From the NCBI GenBank assembly GCA_044892525.1, contig CM097886.1, positions 61,752,001 through 61,816,000 on the forward strand: a stretch of DNA of 64,000 bases, in the 5' to 3' direction. Source of the DNA: Schmidtea polychroa (lineage: Eukaryota). Under the pieces are notes generated by a model that saw nothing but the letters and a program-made list of their open reading frames with translations, was not told where the DNA came from and did not search any database. The stretch's first letter is position 1, and each line of letters starts with the position of its first letter. Positions 1-14,200 of this stretch are shown piece after piece. The translations under genes were made by a program, and so were the position numbers.

Positions 1-1553
1 GAATATCCCAACATTTTGAAAAAAATTATTGAAAGAGGTGGGTACCGACCCGAGCAAGTTTTCAATGTAGACGAAACAGGACTCTATTGGAAGCGAATGC
101 CTGAACGCACGTACATTTCAAAAAACGAAAGTCTGCATCTGGCTATAAGGTATCAAAAGAAAGATTAACTTTGCTCCTTGGTGCAAATGCTGTGAGCACG
201 TTTAAACTAAAACCACTTTTAGTATATCTTTCAGAAAATCCGAGACCTTTTAAAAGGCTGGATAAGAAACAGTTGCCCGTCATTTGGAGATCCAACAAGA
301 AAGCTTGGATGACTAAGATTCTTTTTGAAGACTGGTTCAAAAATTACTTTTGTCCAGAAGTAAAAAATTATTTGCGAGACGTTAACTTTAGCATTAAGGC
401 TTTGCTAATTTTGGATAATGCTCCAGGACATCCGGTTAATTTATGCGAATTATCTGAAGATGTGGAGATTGAGTATCTTCCAAAAAATACAGCAGCTCTA
501 ATCCAGCCAATGGATCAAGGTGTAATAGCCACTTTTAAGGCATATTGTTTACGTAGAACATTTCGAAAACTTATAAACGTAACTGATGGTGAATCTTCGA
601 TTAAACAATTTTGGAAAAACTACAACATTAAAGATGCTGTAGACAACATTAGCGAATCGTGGAAGGAATTGAAATCAACCACAATGAACCATGTTTGGAA
701 AAAAATGTGGCCAGAATGCATAAAATCTGAAGATCCTGAAGTTGATTCTCTTTCTGAAATAAGACAAAGCATATTGAACCTAGCGAATGACCTTGGTTTT
801 GAGGATTTGGAAGAAGGTGATGTGCTTGATTTGCTAAATGCTGATAGAGAACCCCTTTCACACGAGGAACTGGTCTATATCGAAGAGGACCGATCACTTG
901 ATGAGGAGCCAGAGCCTGATGTATGTAAACAGCTAACCTTAAAGAACTTGTCCAGTGCGCTTTCTCATTTCGAACAAGGAATAAAAATCCTTCTTCAAAG
1001 TGATCCAGACGTAGAACGCAGCGCTAACGTTTTTCGTGGAATTAACTCAGCGATTAACTGTTATGTAGAACTGCAAAAAGAAGCAAGAACCAAGGCAAGA
1101 CAAACAACGTTGGATAAATTTCTTAAAAAATCATCTAAATCTACAACAGCGGAAAATGATATTGACATTATATTGCAGCTTACCGATTCTTCATGTTCGT
1201 CTTCAGATTAGAACTCTGTCTTTAAAAATTTTAATTTATGTATTTTATTATGTATCAATTTATTAATTTCGATTTTATTAATGAATTTGTTTTTGTTTTT
1301 TTTTATTTCAGTTTATTGTTATATATAATATGTACTTGTTATTTATTTTTATTTTATATGTAAGCATTTTTAAATGAAATAAAAAGAAAAAAATGCATTT
1401 TAAACTAAAAACTACGTTATTTTATAAAAAATTGGAACCAATCCTATTGAATTTATATGGAATTGTATCAAAATATTTGATTCGTTATGCGGCGTTTCGC
1501 TTTGCGGCCAACTTTCCTGGAACGTATCTAGGCCGTAAAGCGAGGTATGAGTG
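1..1553 (+). mobile_element. pogo/Tigger-family DNA transposon, 5'-truncated by the window edge; DD32D transposase (stop at 1211) with one frameshift near 128
   Basis: Frame 1 gives QVFNVDETGLYWK; frame 3 continues with KKAWMT, LLILDNAPGH and LIQPMDQGVI (32 residues between 2nd and 3rd Asp). Right terminus ...AAAGCGAGGTATGAGTG ends at 1553, followed by TA. Confidence 0.92.
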
Positions 1554-4379
1554 TATATCTCATTTTTAATGTGATATCTAAATATTTTATTACTTTATTT
1601 GCTATTATTAATTGTGAATTGATCCGAATAAATAATAAAAGTTAAATCTGCTATTTTTTAAAAATACTTTGCTATTTAGTTTATCGACGAATGAGTTAGT
1701 TCATTCGGTTTGACCGTATAAAAACTGTGGGGTCCGTCAATAACATTATCTGTGTATTATTATCTGTATTAAATTTAAGAACCACTGATATAAATTATTT
1801 CGATTGGAATAAATGCCTAAATTAACTTTAATATATTTCAACTGTTTTTGACTTTAATTATTAAATTATAAAAATATTTCCAAATAAATCATCATAAATG
1901 AAATCGGCGATTTTATTTACAATACCATAATAGTTTTATTTAGGTAGAAGATGAAACTAAACTAAACTCAATATTCATCACTTGTCTTACCAGAGTTTGA
2001 TAATTCAGTCATATTACAAAGATTCATAATTTGTATATTCTATTCTCTTTTATGTGGTAGATAGGTTCCCAAATCATCGCTCAAAAGTTCGATTTTTTGT
2101 AAAAGTAAGAATATCTCCCACACCTTGTTAAACCCGATAAACCATTCATAAAACTTATTGAATCGTTATAATTTCCCTGAAATTGTTTTCTCAAAATAAA
2201 TTGTTTTCACTAAATTTACTTTGACAAAATTTTTATTTATCCAAACGTTTTAATAAAAAAAATTATTAAAAATTTGCACAGAATGAGAATTAGATGTAAG
2301 TTTGATTCAATTGTGACAATTATTTTTAATTTCAAATTATTGAGTAAATGTAATTTGTTTATCAATTTACTATTTCCATTATGTTATGCTTAATTATCTT
2401 AATTTCGACATATTCATTTAGTTGCACACAATTTGAGTGAGTTAGTTGCAGAGCCAACAATGAGGGAGCGAGTCTTTGCTTTGGTAAGTAATTTTTGGAA
2501 ATAATAATTTATAAGTAGCTTATTTGAAATTTCATTTTATATTTACTGTGGTCATTTTATTATTTATCATAAATGCGACTTATGAAAATGGTAAAAATTC
2601 GAGAATAACATAATTAGAAAGGTTATATAAAAGAAAATATAGAATAAAATTTAAAATAGAATCAAGTGAGAAATTTTTTTTAATAACAATACTGTGTTGG
2701 TGTTAATTGTTCTATTTTTAAAATTATTTTGCATAAATGAACTATTTGTAACAGACAATTGCGTTTGGTCGTATTCATTCACAATAATAACAGTTTTATC
2801 CAACAATTCTGAAACTTCTTGTAAAACCATTTTCAAAAACGCTACACTAAATGATTCGAGTGATTCCGACGCCATTTCAAATTAATTTCAGAGATTCAAA
2901 AATTTCTTATTTTTTTTAAATTACAAAATTAACAAGTAAAAGTAAAATAACTTTTACTTAACATAAACAAATTGATTTTCTTATAAATCATTATAAATCA
3001 AAAAGATACCATATTCACTGATCAACAAAAAAATGAATTTAATAGTTCACTACTGATCATAAAAAGTAACAATTAATTATCAATCTTCCAATTTCTTCAG
3101 ATATCCCAATCAAATTATTTGTTCGTTATTTCTTGGATCCATAATTGATTTGTGTAGTGGTTGGATAACAATTCTATTCATGTTCATATTATTGTTAGGA
3201 TTTATTACATCTTTCGCAAATTATAAGCTTATGGAATATCTTTGAAAATACGGAACCATTTCAACAGCTTGGCTCAATTGGAGAGATTTTGGGAATTTAC
3301 ATGTTCATGAATTCCAATGCAAGATTCTACACTACTTGGCTGAATTACTTCTGAAACAGAATTACTTTGCAGAACTAAATTTGACTGTGTCTTTCCCATA
3401 TGAAATTGTGGTGATTGCGAATAGGGAATGGATGAAGGTTTTGGTCTGTGAGAGCTAACACTATTAGGAGCCGAAGACAGTTGATCTTGATAATAATAAC
3501 ATGTTATCGAATTTGCTTTTTTGTCTGAGATTGATCAATAAAGCCTGATTGATAAAAAGAAGTATTAGCTGATTGCATGAATTTCGATTGACTCTAGGAA
3601 TGAGTTAGAGTAGACTGAGATGTTCCAACTAATGTGCTGTTATACGTGATATTCGATTGGCCATAATTGTGTTCTAATTTATCGTTTTTCGCTAATGATC
3701 GCCCATTTAGGCTACGTTACGTTTTTGTATATAATATTTATATAGATTTTGTTAAGGCCGTGTAACGGCTCACTACAAATACATTATAAAAACAAATCCG
3801 AAATAAATAAATTTAAAAAAATAAGGACCAACCGGACATTCGCTCCGGCGGATAATGGGTTTTTTGGAACTTATCGACTAGGCAAATAATTCACACACAA
3901 ATACCTAAAAATTGAAATTTTATTTACCTATTTAATTAAGTCTTTCTGAATGGAAGTTGCACAAGTATTCTTGTTCATATCTTCATTATATAATTAATTA
4001 TAAAATATAAAATATAATTAAAGATGGACAGAAAAATAGACCATAAATTTAATTATATAAACTGAAGTGAACTTGAAGCGTGTAAGTATTTAGTAATATT
4101 TATTTGAGATTTTTTTTTACATGTAAAAAAATTGGTATTCAGTTCGTATCCGGATCTGGCAAATAGTACATCCAAATATTCGGATTTGATACCCGGTAGA
4201 AAATGTCAACTCGGTTGGTCCCTAAAAAACATTTACTTAAATGAAAAATTACTAAAATCAAAATGGCAAATTGATATCTTTCTAAACAATAAACAAAAAA
4301 TTAGAATGTTGATGAAGTTGAGGTTTCACATATGGACATGAATTACTTTCATCGTTATTACTAGCTACCGCGGAAGGAT

Positions 4380-5056
4380 CTGGTTTAAAATATTGGTGCA
4401 ACGTTGATTGTTTGGAGTTTTTTTTATTTCTTTTGTATTTCTTTGTGGCAATTAATTGTTGTGTTCACGCCTGGAGAAACTTTAGTGAAGTAAAATGATC
4501 ATTTCTTGTTCGAAATAAGAAAGCGTTTGATAAATTCTTTGACGTTTATTTCCGACACACATCTGGTTCTACCTCTTCATCAACTGGTCCAACTATTTCT
4601 TATTGTATCAGTTCATCGTTGAAAAGCAGTTATCGATCTTCTTCAAGTAAATTTACTATATCAAGTTTTTCTAAATCGTTAAAACTAGGTTCAGTAAAGA
4701 GGTTTGTTATATTTTTTCGAATTTCGGAAATTGACTCAGCTTCAAAATTATTTTTTCCATGCACCATTCATGGTTGTTAATTTCAACTCCTTCTATAAAC
4801 CATCAATGTTTTCTAAGCATCTTTGATGTCATATTCTATTCAAAATCTGTTAGTGAAGAGGTCAACCGTAACAAGTAGATGTTTTTAGATCAAATTTAAA
4901 TTTGACTAAAACTACATTCCAAAACCACAAAAAATGACAGTTTAAAATACGGTGTTTCTCCCATTTTTATGACTTTTTTTTATCGTATAACGAAATTCTT
5001 GAAACTGTTATACCACAAAGCTATATAAAGAGCGGCCATATAGTGAAGTATGAGTG
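4380..5056 (-). mobile_element. Degenerate internally deleted Tigger-like element of a related subfamily
   Basis: Minus strand around 4390-4510 resembles the transposase C-terminus of 171-1211 (NTTINCHKEIQKK...QSTLHQYF vs NSAINCYVELQKE...QTTLDKF). Terminus GCCATATAGTGAAGTATGAGTG+TA at 5056 resembles the Tigger TIR. Left boundary approximate. Confidence 0.65.
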
Positions 5057-5569
5057 TATATTTATATTTTTATAAATATTATTATCCTTTTCTGATATTT
5101 CAATATCTATTTAGTTGGAATTTATAATTTCCTCCATGATCTGTTAACAGATTTCTATTGAAATTATTTTAAGATCAATAATATGGTATACAACCTTGAA
5201 ATTCAATGATTCGCTGGTGATGACCAACTTCTTTACACATCTAACATCTAAGTATCACTAGTCTTAGTTTGTATTCTCCATTGCTTCATGTTTATTTTTA
5301 TTTTATCTATTTTCTTATTTTTCGTTTTAACTTTATTTTCTACTTTATTCTTGTAATGTTGATGTGTCACAGATCTATTATAAACATTAGGATAGCTATT
5401 ATTCTTTTTATTTTCATGATGTTGTTTTCCCTTTGATTGATTACTTGTGTTTAATTTTGAATTTCGATGATTAAGAGTATATTGATTTAATTTGTATCCG
5501 TACATGATCTACTTTGGCATTTTCCTTTAGCTCTTCTATAACTTATCTATAATGTTTCATTTGAGATTT
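4955..5569 (+). repeat. Segmental duplication copy 1 (near-identical to 16951-17564)
   Basis: Direct sequence match over about 615 bp with a handful of substitutions; also explains the twin ORFs 5248-5505 and 17243-17515. Confidence 0.95.
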
Positions 5570-6060
5570 TATTTGAGATTTCATTTCTTCTAAAGATTTT
5601 TAATTTTGAATCTTCAAATCATTTTTCATTTCTTCATAGTTCAATTTAGGAAATATTAGGAATTTCAAAAAGTTTATTTATCCAGTTAATGTTTTACGAT
5701 ATATTCTATCAAGCTTTCTAACTTTTTCAAGTCTTACACCTTCTCGACTTTTCACATAATTTAACGCTTTATATAGGTCTTCTATTGGCATGTAAAAAGT
5801 TTTAATGATCTTTTATTTATATCCATCTTTCTACTTGACTTTGTCATATATTTATATGACATTTTAAAACAAGAAGGCTCTTACAAAATTATTTTCCAAG
5901 TGTTCTTCAATATTATGAACTTCGAAGAAACGTTCAACTTCTAAAATAAACTTTTATAAATCTTAACTCACTTCTCAGATTTAAGGTTGTTCTAATTATT
6001 TTTTTTTCACTAATTATTATTTTATCACTATTTTTAGTGTTAACATCGTTCATTCTTAAA
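5250..6060 (-). mobile_element. Probable degenerate LTR-retrotransposon gag relic
   Basis: Stop-riddled minus frame (EVERFFEVHNIEEHLENNFVRAFL...) resembles the gag at 39021 (LEKFIRRCEIYFDAKGI). Confidence 0.35.
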
Positions 6061-7179
6061 GCTTTTAAATAATTTGTAATAATATATTTTAATCGACAAT
6101 AATTTTAGAATATTTTTAGAAAAATAAATATATAATTTTATTCAACAAAGATTCAAACATTCAAATCAAACAATATTTAATTTTAAAAGTTGATATTTTT
6201 AAAAATTATCAAAAATATGCTAATTGAATTGTAAAAAAAAAATTTTATTTTATTTAATACAATTAATTTTTTAATATTTTAAGTTTTATTTTTAAAATAT
6301 TATCTAACTATTTGGAGAATATTTTTAATTTTTAAAATTATTCATTATCTAAATTTCATATTTTTTAAATTTTAGAACTCTCCTCCAGCAAGTGGTGTAA
6401 TCAGTGAAGCAGATTTAAATGGTTACGCTAAAGTATTGTTGAGGTTTGCTCATGAAGACTTACCAGTCTTGCCGAAAACTTAATTTACTGATAAATTTGT
6501 TTATTCAGCTGTCTAGCTTTTGAAATATCTTATCTAATGAAATATTTCTCTTATTTGTTTTGTTTTTATATTATTTTCTTGACAGAGATATCGTTTCTTT
6601 AATAATTGATTTTTATTTGGCTTTAACAAATCGTTCTCTTGATCAATAAACGAGGATTTATTTGTGATTAATTCAATATTTAGTTTAAACTCTTTAATTT
6701 TGTTATTTGTCTATAATTAATTAAATAATTCAAGATAAATAATTACAAGTAGATCATTGGAATTTAAAATTAATTGTGATATGTTGATTTTACTCTCCTT
6801 TATCACAATTGTGATGTCGATCTTGAAATGTGGGTTTTTAAGATCATACCATGGGTATATTAGAAAATGTCAACCCGTCAATATAATTGATCAGAAAGGA
6901 TAGAAGTTATCTTCTGAATATTATAGAATGAAATTTTATAATAGTAATAGTGGAATTTAATTGATAAATAATAATTATAAGTTGTTTTGACTTAATTAAA
7001 TAACTGCGAAATAATAGGTATATCATGCTACATAAAGAGAATACATATAAGTCAAGTGAAATTAATTCTAAATAAATGACATCAGATTTAATTTAGAATT
7101 ATCGAAATAAAACAAGTATTCTGAACGTTAACGGAATTTATATGCACATTACTCATTTGTATACTAATAGGTTTTAAGT

Positions 7180-7960
7180 GTCTTCTGAACAGCTTCTTGG
7201 ATCAGTTGAATTCATGGGTCTTAGTCGTTACAGTGATAAGTGAGGATCAGCCTCTGTAAATGATAATATGAAAATAATTTCAAAAATAAAAAATGTTACA
7301 CATACTTTTCTGATTAATTAAAGAATTTATAATTTCATTAAGGGTTTTCAGAGCCCTACTGGGCAACCAAAATTAATGAATGATGACCACAATGTTAATT
7401 TATAAATAATAATATCATGGTAATATGGGGGATGCATTCGGTTAAAGCCAAAGTTTCTTAAAATGTGAAAAATAAAATCCAAAAACCTCAAAATAAAGAT
7501 AAAAAGCTGCTCAAAATTTTGGAAAGTAGTTACACTTATATCCATCCAAAATTTACCAATACGATTTCAATGAATAGCACTCATTAAAGGAATTCTTTAA
7601 TTTGAGATAGCGTAATCCGGAGTTAGAACGTAAAGCTTGAATAGACAAATATTTTAAAGTTGATGAATGTTTAGATTGCTGATGAATTTCTAACTTTTAA
7701 TTCATATTAATTCTATTATTGAATTCACCGTATTTCTTCACAATCAATTTTTAATGTTGGGTTATAAGCAACTCTGTGAAGTACTGATAATATGAAAATA
7801 ATTTCAAAAATATAAAAATGTTACACATACTTTTCTGATTAATTAAAGAATTTATAATTTCATTTGGTTTATTCAAATAATTATATCATTTGAAACAGGC
7901 TGTGCCGAAAATTCATGAATATCAAAACAATCGTCAAAAAATTTCTAATAATTACAATGT
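7180..7960 (-). pseudogene. Possible decayed spliced gene head-to-head with NAT10, with an about 80 bp exon-end/intron unit duplicated (7262-7342 and 7787-7864)
   Basis: Repeated unit reads NEIINSLINQK followed by GTATGT on the minus strand; flanking frames look coding but have several stops; product not recognised. Confidence 0.3.
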
Positions 7961-8206
7961 CAATTGAAAAGAAATTAGAGGTGAAAATTGAAAAAAGTTC
8001 TTATAATAAAATAATTATATATAAATATCTTTAAAATGTCTTACATCTTGCAATTTAAGTGTAAGATTTTTAAAATTTCATTTTTATAGATATATAATTT
8101 AAAGTTTTTCTTCTAAATTTATCAATATTCAATTAAGTTGTTTAAATAATATTTATTTAAAATAAAATTTTTACCGTTACATTACTAAATTAATTTAATC
8201 AATAAA

Positions 8207-11200
8207 ATGAAAACACTTGATGCAGATATATCAAATTTAATAAAGCATTCAAAAAATCTCAATCATAGAGCTGTAATTTTATTAACTGGGGAAGATCGAC
8301 TAAAAAGACTGGGAGTAGCCTGTAATTTTATTGAAAAACTTGGTACAAAAAATATCTTATATTGTTATGTGTATGTTTAAAATTTTAATATAATACATAT
8401 CTCATTATTTTCTTTTAAGCAAAGACAACAGACAGCGGAAGCTTGCTTCTAAAGAGTATTTCTAATCTTTTAAAGTTTATAATTTAATCGATGAAATATT
8501 ATATTTAGGAATGGCCAAAAATCCAATGCAAAGAAGTAAGATAAATTTATTGACAATGTTTATTAAATAAAACCCAGAAAATCCGCATCAATTTGTAATG
8601 TAGTGCAAAAGCTTTTACAAAAGCATTGTCCATCAGAAATCCGGTGGTGCTTATATAAAGATACTCAAAATATTCTTGGAAAAACTTTCGATATTTGTAT
8701 TTTTCAAGATTATGAGTTATTGACACCAAATGTTATTGCTCGAGGTATGGAAACAGTGTCTGGTGGCGGTTTGGTTATTTTTCTTTCGCCTTCATTGAAT
8801 GAATTAGAATTATATTTTAACAGTTCTTTCGTAAGATAATAGTCTACCGAAATTATTACAAATAATGTATATTTTTCTATATCTAGACTGATAGCAAAAA
8901 TCAAATGTGCAACGCACAAAGATTTCTAAAAAGATTCACTGTATCATTATTATCAAGCAAATTTTGTATTTGCATTGATGATCAATTCAAATTATTAAAT
9001 AAGAAAAAGAAACCGATAAAAGTTAATGAAAAATCTTCTGTTAATATCAATAAGGATTTAATTCTATTGAAAGTTATTCAATATTCATCAAATAGTCCGT
9101 TAATTTATATTTTACCAGGAATCTCTCAAATTATCTGACTCTTTATTTTATCCTATGGTGAACATTTGTGCTACCTATGATCAAGCCAAATGTTTGCATA
9201 CATTATGCTCATCTATTCGAATGTTTCACCATCCCTCAAATAGGGATTATAACGATGTTAGATGCGGCGTTATTGCATTGATTACTGCTGCCAGGGGTAG
9301 AGGCAAATCGGCTGCATTGGGTTTGGCATTATGTGCAGCATTAGAAACCGGGTTAACACAAATCTGCGTGACAGCTCCAAGCCCTGAAAATATATCAACA
9401 TTATGGCAATATGTAAAACTCGGTTTGAAAGCATTGAATTACACCGTAATTAGAGTTTGTAAATTTTAGGTTTAATCTTCGGTTTAATTTAAGGAACACA
9501 TCGACTTTACTATTTCAACATCGTACCTCAGTGATGGAGTGAAAGCAATTACGAAAGTAGAGCTAAAGAGGTCCAAATTCACACAAATAATTCGCTACGT
9601 CGTTCCATCTGAAACCGAATCGTTGGATTGTGATCTATTGTGTATCGACGAGGCCGCCGCTATTCCGTTGAATATTCTTCAAATGTATCTTCGATCATTC
9701 AGCGGATTGGTATTTGTTTCCAGTACAATTTCTGGATATGAAGGTTCCGGGATGTTATTGTCAACGAAGCTCTTCCAGGAACTCAGACAGAACTACACTC
9801 CGGTAAATGTTGGAAACGAGATGCAGAGTTTATTTGAAAACACAAAAGGTAATTATTATTTAGCTAGCATTAAATATATCAATAATAAATTTAATTTTAA
9901 TTAATCTAATTAAATTTTAATTAAGTTAATTAAATTATTTATTAAGTTAATTAATTTTATAATTCAAAATTTTAGCACATCAGATTATGAATAATCAGTT
10001 TCATCCTTTTTTATTTAATTTAAAAATATCATTTTAATTCAATTTAATAATTATTTTTATAATTTTAATAATTATTTTTATAATTTAATAATTATTTTTA
10101 TAATTTTTTAATAATTTTATAAATGCTTCTTAGACGTGATAATTAATTTAAATTACAAAAAAAATTATCATATTGGTAATTACAACTTATATAAAATTTA
10201 TTGATTTTTTAAAATTATAACATTTTATCCAATAGAATCAAATTTAATAAATGTTTAACATCATCTATATAAAAATTCATCTATTTAAAATTTTGCTAAT
10301 TTATAAAGTTGAAGTTTTAAAGCAAAATCCATAGGCAAAAGGATTTACATATTTATTCGAAAAGTCGATACATTTTTTTAAAGAAATAATAATTTCAATT
10401 TATTTAAAAATTAATATTTTATTATAAAAACATTTTAAAAAATTATATCGATTCATTTTTAATATGATGAAATTAATATTTTCAGATTAATTCCTTGCTT
10501 GTGTAAATAGATATTTTAATTCTTCTAAAATTGTACGAGAAATCAAAATTCCACATTACCACATTTTTTGGATTTGAAAGATATTTTTTAATGTTACATT
10601 TAATATATACAAAATTTCCAATCGAAAATTAAGATAAATTATAAAATATTTCATAAAAATTTATCGATCTTGATGAAAAGAGAGAATTTTTAAAACTGTG
10701 TTTTGCATCAATAATGTAATTGATCAAATCTTTCTATACAAATGTCCTCGGTAATCGATGAATAAAACATTAACTCAGGGGTTGGCAAACTTTGAGACTT
10801 TGGTGGCCACTTTTTTTTAGAAAAAAATATATTGCGGTTCAGATACCAAATATTAGCACTAAAGTTTTAAAAGAACAGGTAATTATCAATGAGGGATTCT
10901 TTAGTGAATCCACCATCACAAAATGGTTTGCTGTGTTTTGCAATTTTATAGCTAATCATGTAACTAAGTTTAACAGCTGGTTTTACAATCTTAATGAAAT
11001 TGGTTTTTTGCTTTGCCAACGCATTTGCCATCTCTCTACATTTCTTTTTTCTTGCCTCTTCAAAGAAGCCATCACATGTTTGCCCTTATGTTTACTCTCA
11101 TAATGACTCTTCAAATCATAGTCTTTTAACATATCTACTTGTTGCCCACATATTACACAAATGGCCTTTTCATTCTAGGAACATGCAATCATAACAAAAA

Positions 11201-14200
11201 AACAAGAAGAACAAGACTGTCAGTTGTGGCCTTTGCAAGCACAGATATAAAAACATTCAATACTCAAAAAGTTTCGGAATTTAGCGCCAAAACATAAGCC
11301 TGGCCACGGTGTTCACTCGGGTGAAAGGTAAATGGTAAATCAATCAATCACTGCTGCATGCTTATCAAGCAGAAAATTTAGCTTTGTCATTCAGCCACTG
11401 TTTTGGGTGTTTGTATTAGTTGTATATCCATATGGTCATTTTTAACCCGCGGTGTCATACTTTGTCCATCTCTGCATTGACTCGTTACAATTTATACTAT
11501 TAAGGTTTTATATGGTACAAATTTTAACACGTGTTACTGTTATATTTAATAAAAAATTAAATACCTACAATACTGATTGTTTTTTTTAAAAGAAACTCGA
11601 AAAAACAATCATCATCTTCCTCCACTTCAATTTTTAACAAAAAAACTAACCAAAACTAAACACAGTACAACTTATATACACCTTAATTGAATTCTTCAAT
11701 GCTAATTATACTTGCGTATAAGTCGAGAAATTTACGTCAAGTTTTCAAGTCAAAATAGCCACTTCGACTTATACGCGGGTCAAAAAACGTACAAATTAAT
11801 TTTAAATGAAATCATTAAACCTTTTTTTATTTTTGTTACTTCGACTTATACGCGGGTTTCCAATTTAGGACTTAAAAACCTCTTAAAATTTACTCGGCTT
11901 ATACGCGAGTATATATGGTACTATCTAGAATCATTGGAATTTTAAAGGCAAACACACATATAAACATATTTAACTGTGTATATAAGTTTGACCCTTAAAG
12001 ATTCACATTGATGGACACGTTGACGGACACTTGCATCCATAACCGTCCATAATGTAACATGACTGCAATAGTCGTTAAAAAGTGAAAAGGTTATTATGAC
12101 ACACAGAAATTACTTTATATTTATTTATATTTAACTAAAACTATATATTTCATGTAAATCTATAAAAACATAATTAATTACGAGGATGTCTTTAAACAAT
12201 GCTAATTTGAGTCATAATTGATTATTTACGTTCCTAAATTTTGGCTGTAATAGCCGTTATTGTCACATCACACAGCCTGTTGCGTTCGGCTGGCACAATT
12301 ACTGTTATACCCACAATCTTATTTAACAGATTAATCAGTTGAAACTAAGTTCAAAACATGAAGTGTCAATTTTTTTGACTGTACTCTTTGTGAGTGTCCG
12401 TCAACGTGTTTAATTTCTACATTGTGGATATATCCGACATAGGTATAGGGTAGTGATATTGTTTATGGCGAGGTTAAATATAAATATTATCTGTAAATTT
12501 AATTTTATCTGTGTAGTGAAACCGGTTGCGGTACAACTGTTATAGGAACGTGTGATTGTATTAGTTATAAGATTGTTAATTTTAGGCCGATTATATGAAA
12601 TCAACTTAGAAGAGCCAATTCGATATGGCAAAGGCGATCCGGTTGAGACATATTTATATAAGACGTTATGTATGAATTACAAGCAAGACCTTATAAACGT
12701 AATAGATGAATCTTTAACTCCCGACCAATGTCATTTGGTTGTTGTGAATAGAGATGTTTTGCTAGATAGTAACAAGGCATCAGAACAAATGCTCCAGAAA
12801 ATCATGTCGATTTATTCAGCATCTAATCATCAGAATTCACCAGATGATTTAAAACTCTTAGCTGATGATGAATGCTCAAGGATTATTTGCCTGACTAATT
12901 CTTCCATTGATTGTAAAAATCCGAATGTCCTTGTTATCATACAGATAAGTTATGAAGGAAATTCCATTCAAGATTTCATTAACGAATCAATCCGCAACAC
13001 TGGTAAAAGGCCACTAGTTGACATGCTATGTGATACTCTCACGGAAGAAGTAATTTATATTATCATTGTTAATATATTTTATTTTATTATTCAGTTTTTA
13101 GAATCAAATTTCAAACAGTTATCTGGTCTCCGAATCAACATGATTGCAACTGATCCAAATTATGTCAATCGAGGATTTGGAAGCAGAGCTTTGACTTTGT
13201 TGCTTGAATACGCAGCCAATATAAATTCCAGTGAACCAATGGATGAGAGTTCAGTTAGTTTAATTTATATACCTTTTTAACGTTATCACTACATTAAATT
13301 TGTTATAGTTTCTGAGTGGTTTCAAACATCTTTTTTTATACAAAGTGTATTAAGAAAATAAATAAAAGGAAAAATATTTTCATGACCTATATAACAAATA
13401 AATAGTTTTTTATTCGACACATTTATTTTTGAATATATGATACATATTGAATATATATTTGGGATATATTGGATATATAATAGTCTGAAAAATAATTAAA
13501 TTGATTAATATATTATTGAATTGATTATTAAATTAATAAGTCATTATTGTGGTAAAAAATGAAAAACTGTTAGGAAAATAAGATTATTAATATTAACAAT
13601 CAACAAATAACAAAACGAACTGTAATGTTCAGTAATTCAGAACTTCGGATTATTCGAACCTCTAAATAAAAGTCTTGAAAACTAAATTTCAGTATTTTAT
13701 CCTGTATGACATTTGGTTTAATTAAAAGGGTTTAAATATAGAAGTGGAAAAGTTTTTTTTTAATTTTTTAATACTTGTTAATTCGTTAATTTATTTTGAA
13801 AATCGAAATTTTTTGCGACCTATTTGACTAGTAAATATTTTTTATTCAATAAATTTATTTTAGAAATATATCTTTATACCAAATTTTAAATTAGAAAAAA
13901 CAACAGGCAATTAGATATATATTAATCTAAAAAAATTATTAACTTGATTAATAAATTATTGAATTGATTAATAAATTATTGAATTGATTATTAAATTAAT
14001 AAGTCATTATTGATATAAATTATAAAAACAACTACAGTCGAATCCGCTTAATATCACGGGGTCCGGCCGCTATATAAATGTGATATAAACCGAATGTGCT
14101 ATTAAGCGGATTGTACTGTATTTGGAAAATAAGATTATTAATATTAACAATCAACAAATAACAAAACGAACTTTAAAGTAGTTATTTTCAATCTTTGTCT

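Noticed and set aside
3090-3720. Ser/Gln-rich minus-strand frame
   Set aside because: Several stops and a frameshift, no recognisable domain; left unannotated.
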